From: Vicugna vicugna
Lineage: Eukaryota
Reading direction: 5' to 3'
DNA length: 64,000 bases
Assembly: GCA_013265495.1 (NCBI GenBank)
Contig: MU058645.1
Coordinates: 1,034,995-1,098,994 of the forward strand
Shown here: positions 20,975 to 34,800 of the stretch, one piece after another
Numbering within the stretch: position 1 is the first letter of the stretch
Layout: every line of letters starts with the position of its first letter
The notes under the pieces: generated by a model
The model's database searches: none
Told to the model about the DNA's origin: nothing
What the model saw: only the letters and a program-made list of their open reading frames with translations
Program-made: the position numbers and the translations under genes

Positions 20975-21450
20975 ATTTAAAAAACTAAGGTATAACTTAT
21001 ATTCCAGAGATCTGAAGTGCAGCATTCATTCAATTCTGATGAATGCACATCAAGACATAGCACGCTTCTACCAATTTAGAAAGTCCCCTTCTGCCTCTTC
21101 CTAGTCAACCCCCAACAAGAAGCCGCTGGTCTGGTTCCTATCACTGCACTTCAGTTCCGCCTGTTCTAGGACTTTTGTGTGTGTCCAGCCTCTTTCCCTC
21201 AGCGTACTTATGAAACTCTCCTATACTGTGGCATGTATCAGCAGTTCATCTGTTTTAACAGCTGAGTAGTATTTTGCTTATTTATCCATTCTTGTGCTAT
21301 GAATATTTGGGTGTTTCTAGTTTGGGGATATTGTGACTGAAGCTGCTGTGAAAATTCTTGCACAAGGGTTTTTTGTAAACATAAATTTGCAATTCTTTTG
21401 GATAACTGCCTAGGAATGGAATTGCTGGGCCACTGGTAGATGTATTTTGC
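20975..21450 (-). mobile_element. Old L1M 3' end
   Basis: Typical antisense L1M motifs: gctgagtagtatt, ttatccattc, tttctagttttgggg, cctaggaatggaattgctggg. Ends approximate. Confidence 0.75.
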
Positions 21451-22009
21451 ATGGAAAACATTATGTAAAGATTATTAAAATATTATGGAAAACACCTTTA
21501 TCTTTGAAATATACAAGTTTAAAAATACGACAAACACTTGCTAACTTATCTACAAGTTCACTGCCCTGTATCTAAAACCTGTGACATCAGAAGTGTTCTG
21601 AGAACTTTTCAGATTTGTAGAAAGATAATATACCAATGAACACATAACATCCCCAATGGTCCTGGTGGAATACTTCAATCCAATTTATAACAAACATAAA
21701 AACATACTAAGTGGAATGAAGACAGACTATACATACACTTTGCTGAACTCCTAGGGCCTTGCAATTATGGATGCCAAATTATGAATCTGTATAAATATAT
21801 ATATAACTTATGCATGTATTACTCTGAGATACAGCTATGTTTAAGGGCTGTGTTGAGGTAGAAATAGGTCATGGTCAGTATTAGATGAGAATAAGATGGT
21901 TTTAACATTTTAAATAGGACAGTTTATACACTGTTCTACCTTATTAGAATCAGATATTATATTTTTATTATCTAAGCATTTATGCTTGTAACAGATCTAT
22001 GGCATTGGT

Positions 22010-22110
22010 ACTTTATGATCCCTGAGGCTCAGAAAGGTTAGGTAGCTTATCCAAGGTAACATAAGGTACCAATGTAAAACTGGCTTTCAAACCAGAGTAC
22101 CTCATCCAAG
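22010..22110. mobile_element. MIR fragment
   Basis: gaggctcagaaaggttaggtagcttatccaaggt core. Confidence 0.6.
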
Positions 22111-23429
22111 TTCTCCATCAAACTTTCTCCAATACCGTGGTGGCTTTAAATGGAAGTATCCTTTGAATTCATCAAAGACTTCATGTAAGAAATGAAGAAA
22201 AAACATGTAATACAAAATTTGAACCAATGCCTGTAATAAAAGCCCAAACTTGCCAGCTCAGCATTCAAGGCACTGAATGACTTGTATAAAGCAGCCCTAT
22301 TTCCAAATGTTTTGCACTAGTCAAAATCATCTGTCCACTGCCCCCTAGAATATACCTTGTGGCTTTCTGCCTCTAAGTTAAACAAGAGCCTGTCTAGACG
22401 CATGCTGTGTATGCCTCTTTTGATAGCCCAAATCGCCGGCCTCTCCAGAGTATAGCCTTTTCTAGTCATTCCCATAATAATCGTATCAGTTTCCTCAATT
22501 TTTGCTGCTCTTTATGGGGGAGTCAATCATATACAGCCATATGTTATCTCTTCAATGTTTTCATGTTGTTTTAAAAAAATTTCTCACGTGACTTGAGCCA
22601 TAAATTAACTAATAACCAATAAACTGGTCTTCTTTATAGTCTCCAATGACTTGCAAAAGTAAACTTCCTCAGTACATTTTTAAAAATTCTTTGTTTTCTA
22701 TGAATTTGAAATAAGTAGAGAAGGTTTTCTAAACATTAAAGAAAAATCACATGACTTACTTCACTTGGAGAAAAGGGGTGAACGAAAAGCAGAAAGGAGA
22801 AAATGAAGAGTGACCAAAGTTCATGAAGAATTTTAAAGTAATCATCACCTACACCTGCCAACTAAAAAAAAAAGCCTGACAAAGAACTGACATAAATTGA
22901 AACAAATGGTTTTACACAGGGTAGTGACATACAATCATCTGTCTTTAAAGGCTCATTCTAGTACTTTGTCAATGGACCGTTGGGGTCTTGAGTACGATTA
23001 AGAGACCAGTCGCAAGCTTTAATCCGGCCCAGGTGACAGAAGGAGAACTGGACTAGGGTGGAGGTAATAACATAGGTGGAAAAAGTTAGCTTGATAGGGC
23101 TTGATGACTGACTTGATGTAGGAGGTGAGGGAAAAAAATACATGTAAGAATGATATTTGAGTTTTTGGATTAAACCATAAAGTAGATAGTGGCTCCATTT
23201 AATAAGAAGATAAAAGCTGAGGGGTATGGAATCAAAAGTTCTTTTTGGAAATATTGAGCCTGAAATGTGTACTTTAAACAGCCGGTGGAGATGTCAGAGA
23301 GAGAGAGCTGAATATGAACCTAAGGTCTACGTACTTCAGCTTATCCTCTAAAGCTAGTAGAAACATTATCTCCCACAACATTTTCATAGTATTTTTCTCC
23401 AGGATGACAGCAATTATTAAGTTCCCAAC

Positions 23430-23975
23430 TGATCTGCTACATGCATCCAAATGCTGAGTCCAGGACTCTCCATGGTTCTGCGTCTTCCTGGCCAGCTGGT
23501 TTTGTCAGGCTCCCACAGCTGAGATCGGGGAAGGGCATTAAACCAGACTGAAAAGCTGGCCGAGGGGAGAAGGAATGCTCCTTCCTGTGCCAGCTGTTCT
23601 CAGCTGCGCACCTTGCCAGGGCCAGTTGTTTCCAGGCTCCCCACTTCTTCCTGGCACTTCTAGAACCAACTTCACTGTGTACCCCCCACCCCCGGCTAGA
23701 ACCAGGGTACCCACTCCTCTGAGCTACCGAGCTTCCACTGTCAGCCAAGTGGCACCACTTTGTCAGAGGTCTCACCTCTGCACAGAACAGAAAGTGTCTA
23801 AGATCTAGTAACAGTATCAATTTCTGTCTTTAGTCTCGAAGCTTCCCAGAGTTTCTAAATCTGTATTATATCCTACCTTTCTCCTTTTTTTTTTAGTTCT
23901 CAGCACCTATTTAACCAATTACTTTATTAATTCTGTCTGTTGAAATACAGTGTGGTTTCTGCTTTCCTGATGAAG
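23430..23975. mobile_element. Probable ancient LTR (ERVL-class) fragment
   Basis: GC-shifted block ending in the LTR-like ctgttgaaatacagtgtggtttctgctttcctga; family uncertain. Confidence 0.4.
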
Positions 23976-25204
23976 AAGTGGCTTTCCCTCACTGCCTCAC
24001 AGAATCTGAATTCCCCATCTGGTATTTATGGCCACACCAGCTTCCTCCTTTTATGTCACCAACTTCATTCTTTGTCAAAAATGTAAGTGGACTCTATGAT
24101 GATCTGCTAACTATATTAAGGTTCCTTGATTCCACGTTCCTTCCTTTTCCTGGTCTTCAACGTTCAGTTAACAGAGGCTAATGAGCACCTACTATGATGC
24201 AGACACCATGAGAAGTCCAACACAAAAAGACTGATGTTCACTAATCAAACAGCATCAACCAAATTCCCAGAATCGTTACAGAAACTCAGTATCAAAAAGA
24301 TGTATCAGAGCTGCTCTACTGCGGTGGAGAGGCAAAGTCAAATTAGCATCATTACTTCATCTGGGCAATACAGCCTGCTGATCTTTTACAAAGCAAGACC
24401 TTAGTTCAAATAATATGCAAAAAAAAGAGCGTTTCATTGAAAAGTTCATGGGTCAAAATGTTAGAGACACAAGAAGGGGAAAAACAAAAATCTTAGCATA
24501 TTTTTATCTATTTCCCATTAATTACACCATCTAACATATTCCCATTTAATCATAATACCTGGTTTAGCAGCCACAACTTACCACAGATAAAGCAAGGTAA
24601 GGTAGAGAGAAAGCATAAGGCATTCTATTTAATCAGAAAAGCTTAAAACCCTCAAACACACATGCTCACACAAACACACATATACGATGATACATAAGCT
24701 ACATTAAATTATATAAAACAAATACTTTTACCTTAGGATAATATGTTGTCTTTTCAAAAAGCTATGAACAGACTGATCTGAAAATAGTGACGATCTCAGA
24801 AGGGACAAGGTATGTCCCATAATAAACATGTATTTCTTTATGTGAAATACAGTATGATACAATTTGAGATTTTATTCTTTATAGTAAGATCAATAGTTAT
24901 GACAAACTTTTGAAAGATTACTATTACCCACAATTCAGGACACATACTAGTACACGTAGAGCCACATCATTATTTTTTAAGGGGGAAAAAAGACCTCTGT
25001 AAAGTTGATTGTATTTTAGGTGGACTTTATCAAACTATATGGTTGGGGCAATAGAAGGAAGGATAACTACAAACTGTGAACTTAAGAGAGCCTTCTTTTG
25101 TAGCAGAAAATGAAGAGTGGGAATCTGAAAATAATGATCTAAAAATCTATTCATTGTGAGAGGTATACGAGAGGAGTAAGCAAAAAAATTTTAAAGTATT
25201 TATC

Positions 25205-25245
25205 TAACACAATACTGTGAATCAACTATACTTCAATTTTTAAAA
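25205..25245 (+). mobile_element. Very short L1 3' tail
   Basis: taacacaatactgtgaatcaactatacttcaat is almost identical to the end of the L1 at 30680-30712. Confidence 0.6.
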
Positions 25246-28200
25246 GTATACGTGGAATGGCAGTGGTGAGGGGGATTGGTGTGTTCACTTGTGGGATGTT
25301 ATAATAAATGCATGACAAAAATTCTAAGAACATGTTAAACTCATATATATTCAGAGTGAGCACTGAGTCTACAGGGAGAAAAATATTAGTATTATTGTTA
25401 GTTTTTACAAAACACTGGTTATGTACCAAAGAGCAATCACTTGCCCTGGAACAGAAAGAATTAGATGTGGTCCTTGGCTTTCAGATTTGTAATGTAGTTC
25501 GGAGAGAGACAAAAAGGTAAAGCAAGTTCAATAAAGAGTGACAGATACTATGACAGAAGTTTACACAGGGTGTAGTGGAAGACCAGATGGAAAAGTATGG
25601 AAAAGGATCACCAACTGCTTTAAGAATCTGATGATACCTACAGACTGTCTAGAATACATAAAAGGTAGACAGATAAAATGTGACACAATTTTAGGGGGTT
25701 AACTGTGAGAACTAAAACTCACCCATCAGTATCTCTGACAAAATCACTAATTCACCCCAAATGGTCTTGAAAGACTTCCAGGTAGTACTGCTGTATAATG
25801 TCAATCTTCTACAGGGACCCTTTAAAGTAACCCATTTCCCATCAGGATATATTCATGACATTTCTGAGTCATCACGCATAGTCTAATGACCTCAAAGGAG
25901 AGCAGAAGCAGAAAGCTACTTGGTCCTCACAGCAATGTTAAGTCATCACTGCTGATTTCCCTTTTTTCAAACTAGTTTTCATACAATTATGATGACATCT
26001 GAAGCCCTTCATTTTGGTTGCTTCCCACCTAAATTTTTTTCCTTTGTTGTTTCATAAGATATCTAAAGACAAACTTTCCATTGTAAACAGGTGACTAAAA
26101 GCTTAAAACCTCAAATTAAGATCAAGGGGAAACAAAGCAGGGAAGGAAGAAAGACTGGTAATTTCTTCAAACGTCACCTGGTAGCATTTGACTACCGTGA
26201 TGCACAGCAGCAGCAAATGCAGTGAAGGCAAGGTAAGATTGTCTTCTGAACTTTAATTTTTGTTCCAGGTTATTCAGACTCTTACCAACTTTCCTTGGTC
26301 AGAAAAAAATAATTGAGCTAATTAAGTATTTCATTTTTTAATAGACTTTTTCTTCCCCTTGGGATCTGAATAAAAGTTTCCATTTTAAGTTTTAATGAAG
26401 AATTTAACCTTTCTTATCTCATTTAATCCTGTTACCACTCTGTAAGGTATATAATACAGGTACTATCTCTCCCGTTGGCTTCACTTTAGGGTAAAATTAA
26501 ACAAAAGACAGGAATTTAGCCACTAAGTAAATAAAGCCTTTGGATACTTCTTGTACTCAGCCATCCAATGAGACCTAGGAAGCCAGGTTTGATTTAGTCA
26601 CACCTGAAGCATCAAATAATAATAAAACGTGGAATGTAAATAACACATTCCTTTAAGGGGTGAAAAATATTTTACTTCTGAAGTAAATTGCTAATACTCT
26701 CCTATTTCTTAAGAGGGAAACTACCTTAGAGAAGGCATAAAATAAATCAGGGAAAGTTAAGTACAACAGTTGACTGTTAGGAACAGGAGTCAATTCTAGA
26801 ACTCGCTTTAGAAAATTGTTTTTCTACTCCAGGACCAATTGTGAGTGAAACAGCTGTTCTGCTGGAGTACACCAAACCTTATTTTAGAGGAAAGCAATCT
26901 GTAAGTTAAAAGATTTGAACCTTATTAATTTTCACAGTTAATCAATAAAACCACTCTCTTCAACCGAGCTGATTATGCATGGTCATTTTGGGTTTTGGCT
27001 GTTTTGGTATCTTTTGTGGCTGCAATGTTTATCCTGTATTTTGAGGTGTTTATGAATATTAAGAATCACACCATATCTAACAATGAGCCCATAAACTTTT
27101 AATAACATACAATTATCAACAGAAGCAAAACTGTTAAGTGGTGAAAAAAATGACAAATGCTGGAAAGCACTGTAAGAACCCAAGAGTCCTTCCTCCAAAG
27201 AGCAGCAGGAACTTACTGTCAGGCACAGATGACAGTTGTGTGGTATGACCTCCAGGCTTGGCTGAATGTTTAAATTGTACATAACGTCAGTGCAAGCACT
27301 GGGAAGGGAACAGGTATACTCAGGCTGCCAAGCATTCCCCATAACACTTGATAAGTTCATCACGGAAGGGAGGCACATCCTCAACACAGATTTCTTTCCA
27401 TATATGCTAAACTGACCTATTTTGAAAAAGACACCAATGGTATACCACGAGAGAGGGAGAAAACAGTAACAAAATCTTAAGCTACCAAGGACAGGATCAT
27501 TACTCTCTTCAGTAGGATGTACCCTGGAACTGAAAGCAGAAAACTCTCTGAAATGACTGGGACTCAAACAAACTTTGACTTAGGTGTTTATTGTCTTTTC
27601 AAATCTGGGCACTTCTATATTGCTTTAGAACTGTATTTTAAAATTTACCCATAATCTACTACTCTAGGGAAACAGTCCTTTTATTCTCATGTAGGTTTTA
27701 TTAAGAATGAAATTTTTCCTTTAATGTTTGTTATTCAATTCCATATCTTACTATTTTTATGAAATACTCTACCCAAAGTTTTTATATTATAGTCCTTGAA
27801 ATGCTAAAAATTTACATTTGTTATATAAATGTTTACTGAAGCATTATCTCTAGGATAGGTTTTAACTAACAAGGTTTGCCCTCCTGGAAACTGGTAGTGG
27901 GTGCGGGGGTGGGGGAGTTGGGGAAAGGAGTTGGAAACAGACAAGGACTTTCCAGCAACACACTGCAAGGGTGCTGCACTAAGCCTGGGCTGGTGGTGAG
28001 TGGGGGGGAAGGCTCTGGGGTATCAACGCACGATAATACACAATTTGAGATCCAAAGGATGAGTAAAAGCTAAAGAGGGGAGAAAGAGTAAAGTTGGTTC
28101 TGAGAAAAAGAACATGTTCAAAAAACCTAGAAATCAGGAGTATGAGATAAATAATGAGGCTGGTAAGGTAATAACAGTTTGCAAGTCATATTCAAGCAAC

Positions 28201-30211
28201 TGGACATACTCCTTGAGTAATTAGAAGTCATTCAAGTATTTTAACCTAAGGAGAATCACGATTAGATTTCTATTTTAGAAGCATCACTTTAGCTTCAATA
28301 AGGAGAATATTTGGAAAAGTATAGTAAGATCATAAAGATTAAGAGGCAATTATAGGTTCCTAATCCAGGCAACACATAATGATATCCTGAACTGACAGAA
28401 TCCCAGTGGGGATGGAGATATGAGAAGTGAGAGATGGTTAGAGGGCAGAACCAACCGTATGTGTGTGAGGCGGTGGCAAAATATTCTCCATACTCATAAA
28501 TACCTGAACCTTTCATTTTATAAAGAATGCTGTTATAACTGCTCTCCTGGTTGGAGATTACTTCTTTTGAATAAACAGCATGAAGAAGAACTGCATTTAT
28601 TTACTCCCCATTTCATTCCAAAAGATATACACAATGTGTATCCTGTGTGTCCTGAAAAGGATTTCCCATTATGTATATAGTTAAACAAAGGTAGTATTCA
28701 GTTTATGGCCCCTTCAATAACTTATTAACAAAATCTAAACAAAATAATTGCTAACCAAGTGAGAACAATGCCACTGAGTTCCTTGAATAATTCCTTCAAA
28801 TTGGGCTTTTTCTTAGGTATTTTTAAGAAAAAGCTGCGATTTCCCAATGAAAACTGACCATCTACTAAGGCTGTTACTAAAATATGCTAATTCACTAAAC
28901 AGATGACATGCACTCTCTCTGCCTGGTGGCATTCACCTGACAAATTAGCCCAGCAATCACACACACAAAAAAGATTAGAGAGTATAAATGGATTGCTTGT
29001 TTTTCCTGCTTACTGCTTTTAATACTAAAGTATTAGTATATTTTACATATACTTATGTATGTTTACACATGTATGTATTGTATGCATGTATCATATGTAT
29101 GTACGATACATATAGTTCTTAAAATCTACTCATACTTTAAGTTTTTTTTCTTTTTATCATGGAAAATATCAGACATATATAAAATCAGTTATATTCTTAC
29201 ATACGTTACATTCCAGTGGCAGATTTCATGTTTCAAATACTTCTAATTTACAAAAATCAATAGCTAAAACCAGGTTCATGTAAAAGAAGTATGTTTTATA
29301 AAGAAACTACTCTATTTCTTTAATTTAGGAACACCCACAAAAGATTAAGTTGAGTGGCTCAAAGATATTTTAATTGGTTTATAACTACAATTGTGATCAA
29401 ATGTAAGAATCATTGCTTTACTTGGTTTTTAAACTACAGAAGCATTTCTTTGCTTCAACAAGCTCTAGTGCATCAGCTTTATATGATTATTATGAGTGGT
29501 GGCACAATTCTTACCACTGGTTATCAATATACAAACACTAGTATTTTTTCTAACATGAGTTTTCATGATAAGAAATGGAATTAGGAAGCAATGAATTAGA
29601 GAACAACATACATACTGGCTAGCAACATATTACTTAAAAGTCGACTGATCTTCAGTATGTAAGGAAGAAGTTTTTTGTTGGGATGGGTTGGTGCTTTCAA
29701 TATTTAGTACGAATATTTAAGGAATAAATTACTGAAGGTGAAAAGAAAGGCACTGGCACTCATGCCAGAGTTGTAAGTAATTCAACTCTGGATCTCTCCT
29801 GCTATAACTTGGTTCTACAGAATCAGATTTATAGCTTTTCCAAAAATCTTATTATTGAAATTCCCGTAGGATAAAAAACCTTGTAATTCTGAGTCTGAAA
29901 TTCTCTAATTTCCGTTTTATATAACCAAAGTTTTGACTGCATGCTGGTTGGAGCACACCACTTCATTTGTTGCAGAAAAGACTGCACACCTTAATTTCAA
30001 AAACCAACTATATGATTAGGTTCCTAGTATGCATAATACAAATATTTTTCCAACGAATGTAAGTAGATGCTTAACACATCTGTTAAAACAGTAATGTGTT
30101 AGAAATTTAGGAAGAATAGAACTTTCTCTTTAAGATGTTATGCATAACAAAGCAAAACACTACTGCAATTGTGTATGAGTATTATAATCAGAATTATAAA
30201 CCCTTGACAAA

Positions 30212-30735
30212 AGCAACCTAAATGTCCACTGACTGATGAATGGATAAAGATATGGTACATATATATACAATGGAATATTACTCAGTGATAAAGAAGAAAT
30301 AAAGAATGCCATTTGCAGCAACATGGATGAACCTAGAGGTTATCATATCAAGTGAAGTCAGTCAGACAATATCATATGATATCACATATATGTGGAATCT
30401 AAAAAAAATGATAAAAATGAACTTGTTTGCAAATCAGAAATACTCACAGACATAGAAAACAAATTTATGGTTACCAAAAGGGAAAGGGATAAATTAGGAG
30501 CTTGGGATTAATATATACACACTACTATATACATAAAATAAACAACAAGGACCTACTGTATAGCACAGGGAGCTATATTCAATTTCTTGTAATAACCTAT
30601 AATGAAAAAGAATCTGAAAAAGAATATATATATATATATGCATATGTATTACCAAATCACTTTGCTGTACATCTGAAACTAACACAACACTGTGAATCAA
30701 CTATACTTCAATAAAAAATTAAAATAAAAAATAAA
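30212..30735 (+). mobile_element. L1 3' end (cetartiodactyl-type) with polyA tail and imperfect TSD
   Basis: aagcaacctaaatgtcca..., gccatttgcagcaacatggatg, aacaaggacctactgtatagcacaggg; TSD-like ataaacccttgacaaa (30196-30211) / ataaacctgacaaa (30736-30749). Confidence 0.9.
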
Positions 30736-31182
30736 ATAAACCTGACAAATACTGTGTAGTGTTTTTAGGGAAAAAGTTTCCTATCTGCTGGTCTTTCACT
30801 GGAAGTTTTAAATTGTTCAAAGCATTCAAGTATTAAGAGAAAACTTTCTTATGATTTTTCCTAAGCCTTTTCCTATCTTATTTTCTACTATGAAACCTCC
30901 TATCCACTTCCTTCACATCCAATCCAGAGGTTATCATAATACACCAAATAAACAAAGAGTATTCTGGAAACCGTAAGTTATTTAATATGGGGGCGGGGCA
31001 ATATAAGTGGGCAAAGGAGAAATGACATGAAGCAAAACTGCAAAGTTAAGTACACATCAGATGGAGACAAGCTATGAATGCCATGCCAAACAGTTTTCTT
31101 TTTTACCATGCAGTGACAGAAAGCCACTGAAAACCTGAAACAGGGAGTGTGATGATACTTCTATGTATTAAAAACAGAGCTC

Positions 31183-31865
31183 TGTGGAATCTAAAACACA
31201 AATGAACAAATGTAACAGAAAGAGTTATAGAGAACAAACAGGTGTTGATGTGGTGGGCAGTGGGGAAGAAATAAATAGGTGAGGGCAATTAAGGGGTACA
31301 CACTTCCAGTTGTAAAATAAATGAGATATGAGTATGAAATGCACAGTGTGGGGAATGCAGTCAGTAACTATGTAATGTCTTTGTGTGGTGACAGATGGAA
31401 ACTAGACTGATCGTAGTGACCATTTTGAAATGTACAGAAATATCAAATCACTGTGTTGTGTAACAGGAACTCATAAGACTGTAGGCCAATTATATTTTAC
31501 AAAACAAACAAATTCATAGAAAAGGAGATAAGATTTGTGGTTACCAGAGGGGGTGGAGTGGGAATTGGAGGAAGGTAGTCAAAAGGTACAAACTTCCAGT
31601 TATAAGATAAGTAAGTACTAGGGATGGAATGTACAACATGAAAAATATAATAAATCATATGTTATATATGAAAGCTGTTAAAATGGCAAATCCTAAGAGT
31701 TCTCATCACAAGGGAAAATATTTTTTTCCTATTTATTTAATTCTGTATCCATGAGATGACGGATATTCATTAAACTTACTGTGATGTATGTAAGTCAAAT
31801 CATTATGCTGTACAATACCTTAAACCTGTACATGCTGTATGTCAATTATGTCTGAATAAAAATTG
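31183..31865 (+). mobile_element. L1 3'UTR (L1MA/laurasiatherian type)
   Basis: tgtggaatctaaa, gtggttaccagagg, aaggtacaaacttccagttataagataa, cctaagagttctcatcaca, ending in aataaa. Confidence 0.85.
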
Positions 31866-34800
31866 GAAGAAGAAGAAACAGAAGGAGGGGAAAAAAAAGA
31901 GAGTGAGCTCTGGCTGCAACTACGAGGGAGTATCAAAGATCTAGCTCAAAGTGAAAACAGAAAAGAGAAGAGTCATGTGGTACGAAGAGCAGAATCAGAA
32001 CTCGGTGATACAGCAGATGGAAAGGACTGTGGGCTGGGGGAAAGCAGAAGCCAGAATGAAGGATATATGACTCCCAGGCAACTAATGTCATCCACACAGA
32101 GAAAACAATGGGAGGATCACTGTATGAGGAGGGCAGGGAAGGATGTGACTGCAGTTGTGGAAACGTTATGTCTGAGATGCCTATACGTCCTCCGTGGGGA
32201 GATGCTGAATAGACTGGGGGGGTCTGGAATTCAACATTAAAAGTAGAGTGAAAAATGATCCCTGTGGCACTGGTCCTTGGAGATATAGTTATGGATGAGA
32301 CTGCCTAAGAAAAACAAATTGGAGAGATTATCCTGGAAAGGATCTACTTTTAGTGAGAGCATGATATTTCTGAAGAACAAGCATCAAGTGATCAAATAAG
32401 TAATTGGGAAAGTCAGTTCTGTCCTTATTTATATTATTAAATCTAAATCTTTCTAGGTACTGACATCTTGGTTTCTGGCCTGGTAAAATAAAAGTTTCTC
32501 AATAGAACTTTGTGAAGTGAATTGCTTTTGACAGTCTCTAAGTGAGTCTTTTAATCTCTACAAGTATAATTCCACAGATGCTAAATTCAGTAACTGAAGT
32601 ATTTTATTTAAACAGAGCATACTGCCATCATTCATAGAATTTATAAAATATCATAAAGTAAGCGAATTCATGAATCGGCTAACTTGCTTAGAGATACTAC
32701 ATTCTACAAAGAGGTTTAGCAAAAATATTGATGCCATGCCAGTTTAATGGCATCACTTTAAGAACAATTCAATTTATATTGGACTGATGCATTTAAGATT
32801 TTTTTCCAACAAAGGCATTAAAGGTTAAAAGAATAAAAAATAAAACACATCTACTTATACAATTCTGTAACACAGGTTTCAGAATAATTCTCATAAAGGA
32901 GAAGTCTTGTTATTAATGAGTGTCACTTTTGAAATTAGATTTTCAAAATTCAGTTATCAAAAATACAGAAGAAAAATCAAACCATAAGATGAGGTACCAA
33001 ATAAGTTTACCTGAAACAATATTAAAACACTCATCTGAATCATTAATATACCACTAAAATCACACAATGGTAGTTATCTGAATTTTACTTATAAATGCCG
33101 TAAGATTAAAACATTTGAAATGTTGTTAAGAAAAATTAAACATAAGGATCAAAAAATAAGAACAAGTTAAATGGGGAGCATTTGGTTTCCTTAACTTTTT
33201 TGTCAATTCAATTTCAATGTGCATTAATATAAAGTGAATGTATCACAAATGCTTCACCTATATATAAGGAACATGGTGCTACTTACCAACCATCAGAAGG
33301 GCATGCAAACAAATTAAAGGGAGGTATGAAAATAATTGAACTAAAGAAGATACACTGAGAATTCACTCACCTATTTTTCTATTAAATAATTTAAAATCTT
33401 TAATAAAAATATTTATATTTTGAATTAATTCTAGAGTATCTGTGTAGAATATCATACATTCAATAGACAGAGAAAAAACTAAAATGTGTTATCCCAGCCA
33501 GGGAGAAGCATATTTAATTATGGAATAGAAACACTAATATTCAAGAATAAACAGGTATAAGCAAGTATAAAATGTTACATGATGCATTCAACATGGAAAT
33601 TCTGAGGGATGCACGGAATATGAGATTAAAATGGAAGGACTTCCTATATAAACTGCAAAAATATTTCTCAGGAATAAACACACATTGCCCTATTATTCTA
33701 CACCCAGAATCTGTTGTTTTATATTTGCAATACCTCAGATTTAGTTACAAGCTATTGAAACTTTTCTGTCAATCCCAACAAAGTTTTAGACTTAGAAAAG
33801 CTACACCCCTCAATGAATCTTTATAAAAATGAAAAGGCGGATGTTTTTCACAGTCCGTATTTGTGAGAGTTCGTTCACAGTTACCACAGACAAGACATAC
33901 TTTATTATTATCACCAAGGAACTCACAGAATTGAAGCTTCAAGTATGGAGAAAAGGCCCTCTATTGGTTTTCAAAAGCTGGACCCACTGCCAAGGTAACA
34001 TTACGGCTGGACAAGAGAGTAAAGAGACCTCACACAGCTGCTCAGTGATTTATAAAATTTTGGTTTGACAGTGACTGTTAAAACCTACACCTTTGTCACA
34101 CTTCTTAATTAAACCTGTCAGTATGGACTGCTATCTATCCAAAGATACAGTGCTTTTAATTATTTGGGAAAAATCTAGCTGAAACAATGCTCCTGTCGCT
34201 GCACCAATGCAGAATAAACAACACAGCTACAGTGTGGAGTGGGTATAAAAAGACACTGATGAAGAATCCAATTAAATCGTATTTAGTATCATCCCACTTT
34301 GTGAGAAAAATTAATCAGCATATTCCAATTTTTACAAGTACTTTTCTGTCTCCTCATATTTACCAAGCAGTACACATCCATTCCCATCAGAGTACCTTAC
34401 ACGTAGCATGTGACATGTTATGCCATTTTGATGCTAGGAGTTGTAGAGATCTGTTAAGGAGTTCTCTGATGGTCTTTGTATTATAAATTTAAATGAGATT
34501 TTTAAAAGTCTTACCTGTCATTGTGTCTAGTTTTATTAATTTATTAAGGTTCAACAATAATCTTAGATTTTAATCTGACTACTACTTTGATATATAATTA
34601 TACTGTAAATAGTAAAGATGAATACATAAACAAAAGTATATTTAATGTACTTTTAAAATAATTATTTTATACTTTCTCATCTGAATTAAACAATCATTCC
34701 ACATACCTGCATCAGATGTATACCTGCATCTTCTTGTGAAACATTTCTGAAAGATGCATGTACATTTTTAGGCCGCCAAGGTTAGCAACAACCAATTTTT

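Noticed and set aside
26983..27567. Longest ORF in the track (194 aa, minus strand)
   Set aside because: Intronic, non-ATG start, no recognisable domain, random-looking composition; consistent with chance.
30494..30714. ORFs on both strands
   Set aside because: They lie within an L1 3'UTR.
34508..34518. Strong donor-like CAG|GTAAG suggesting a cryptic or poison exon in intron 4
   Set aside because: No convincing partner acceptor identified.
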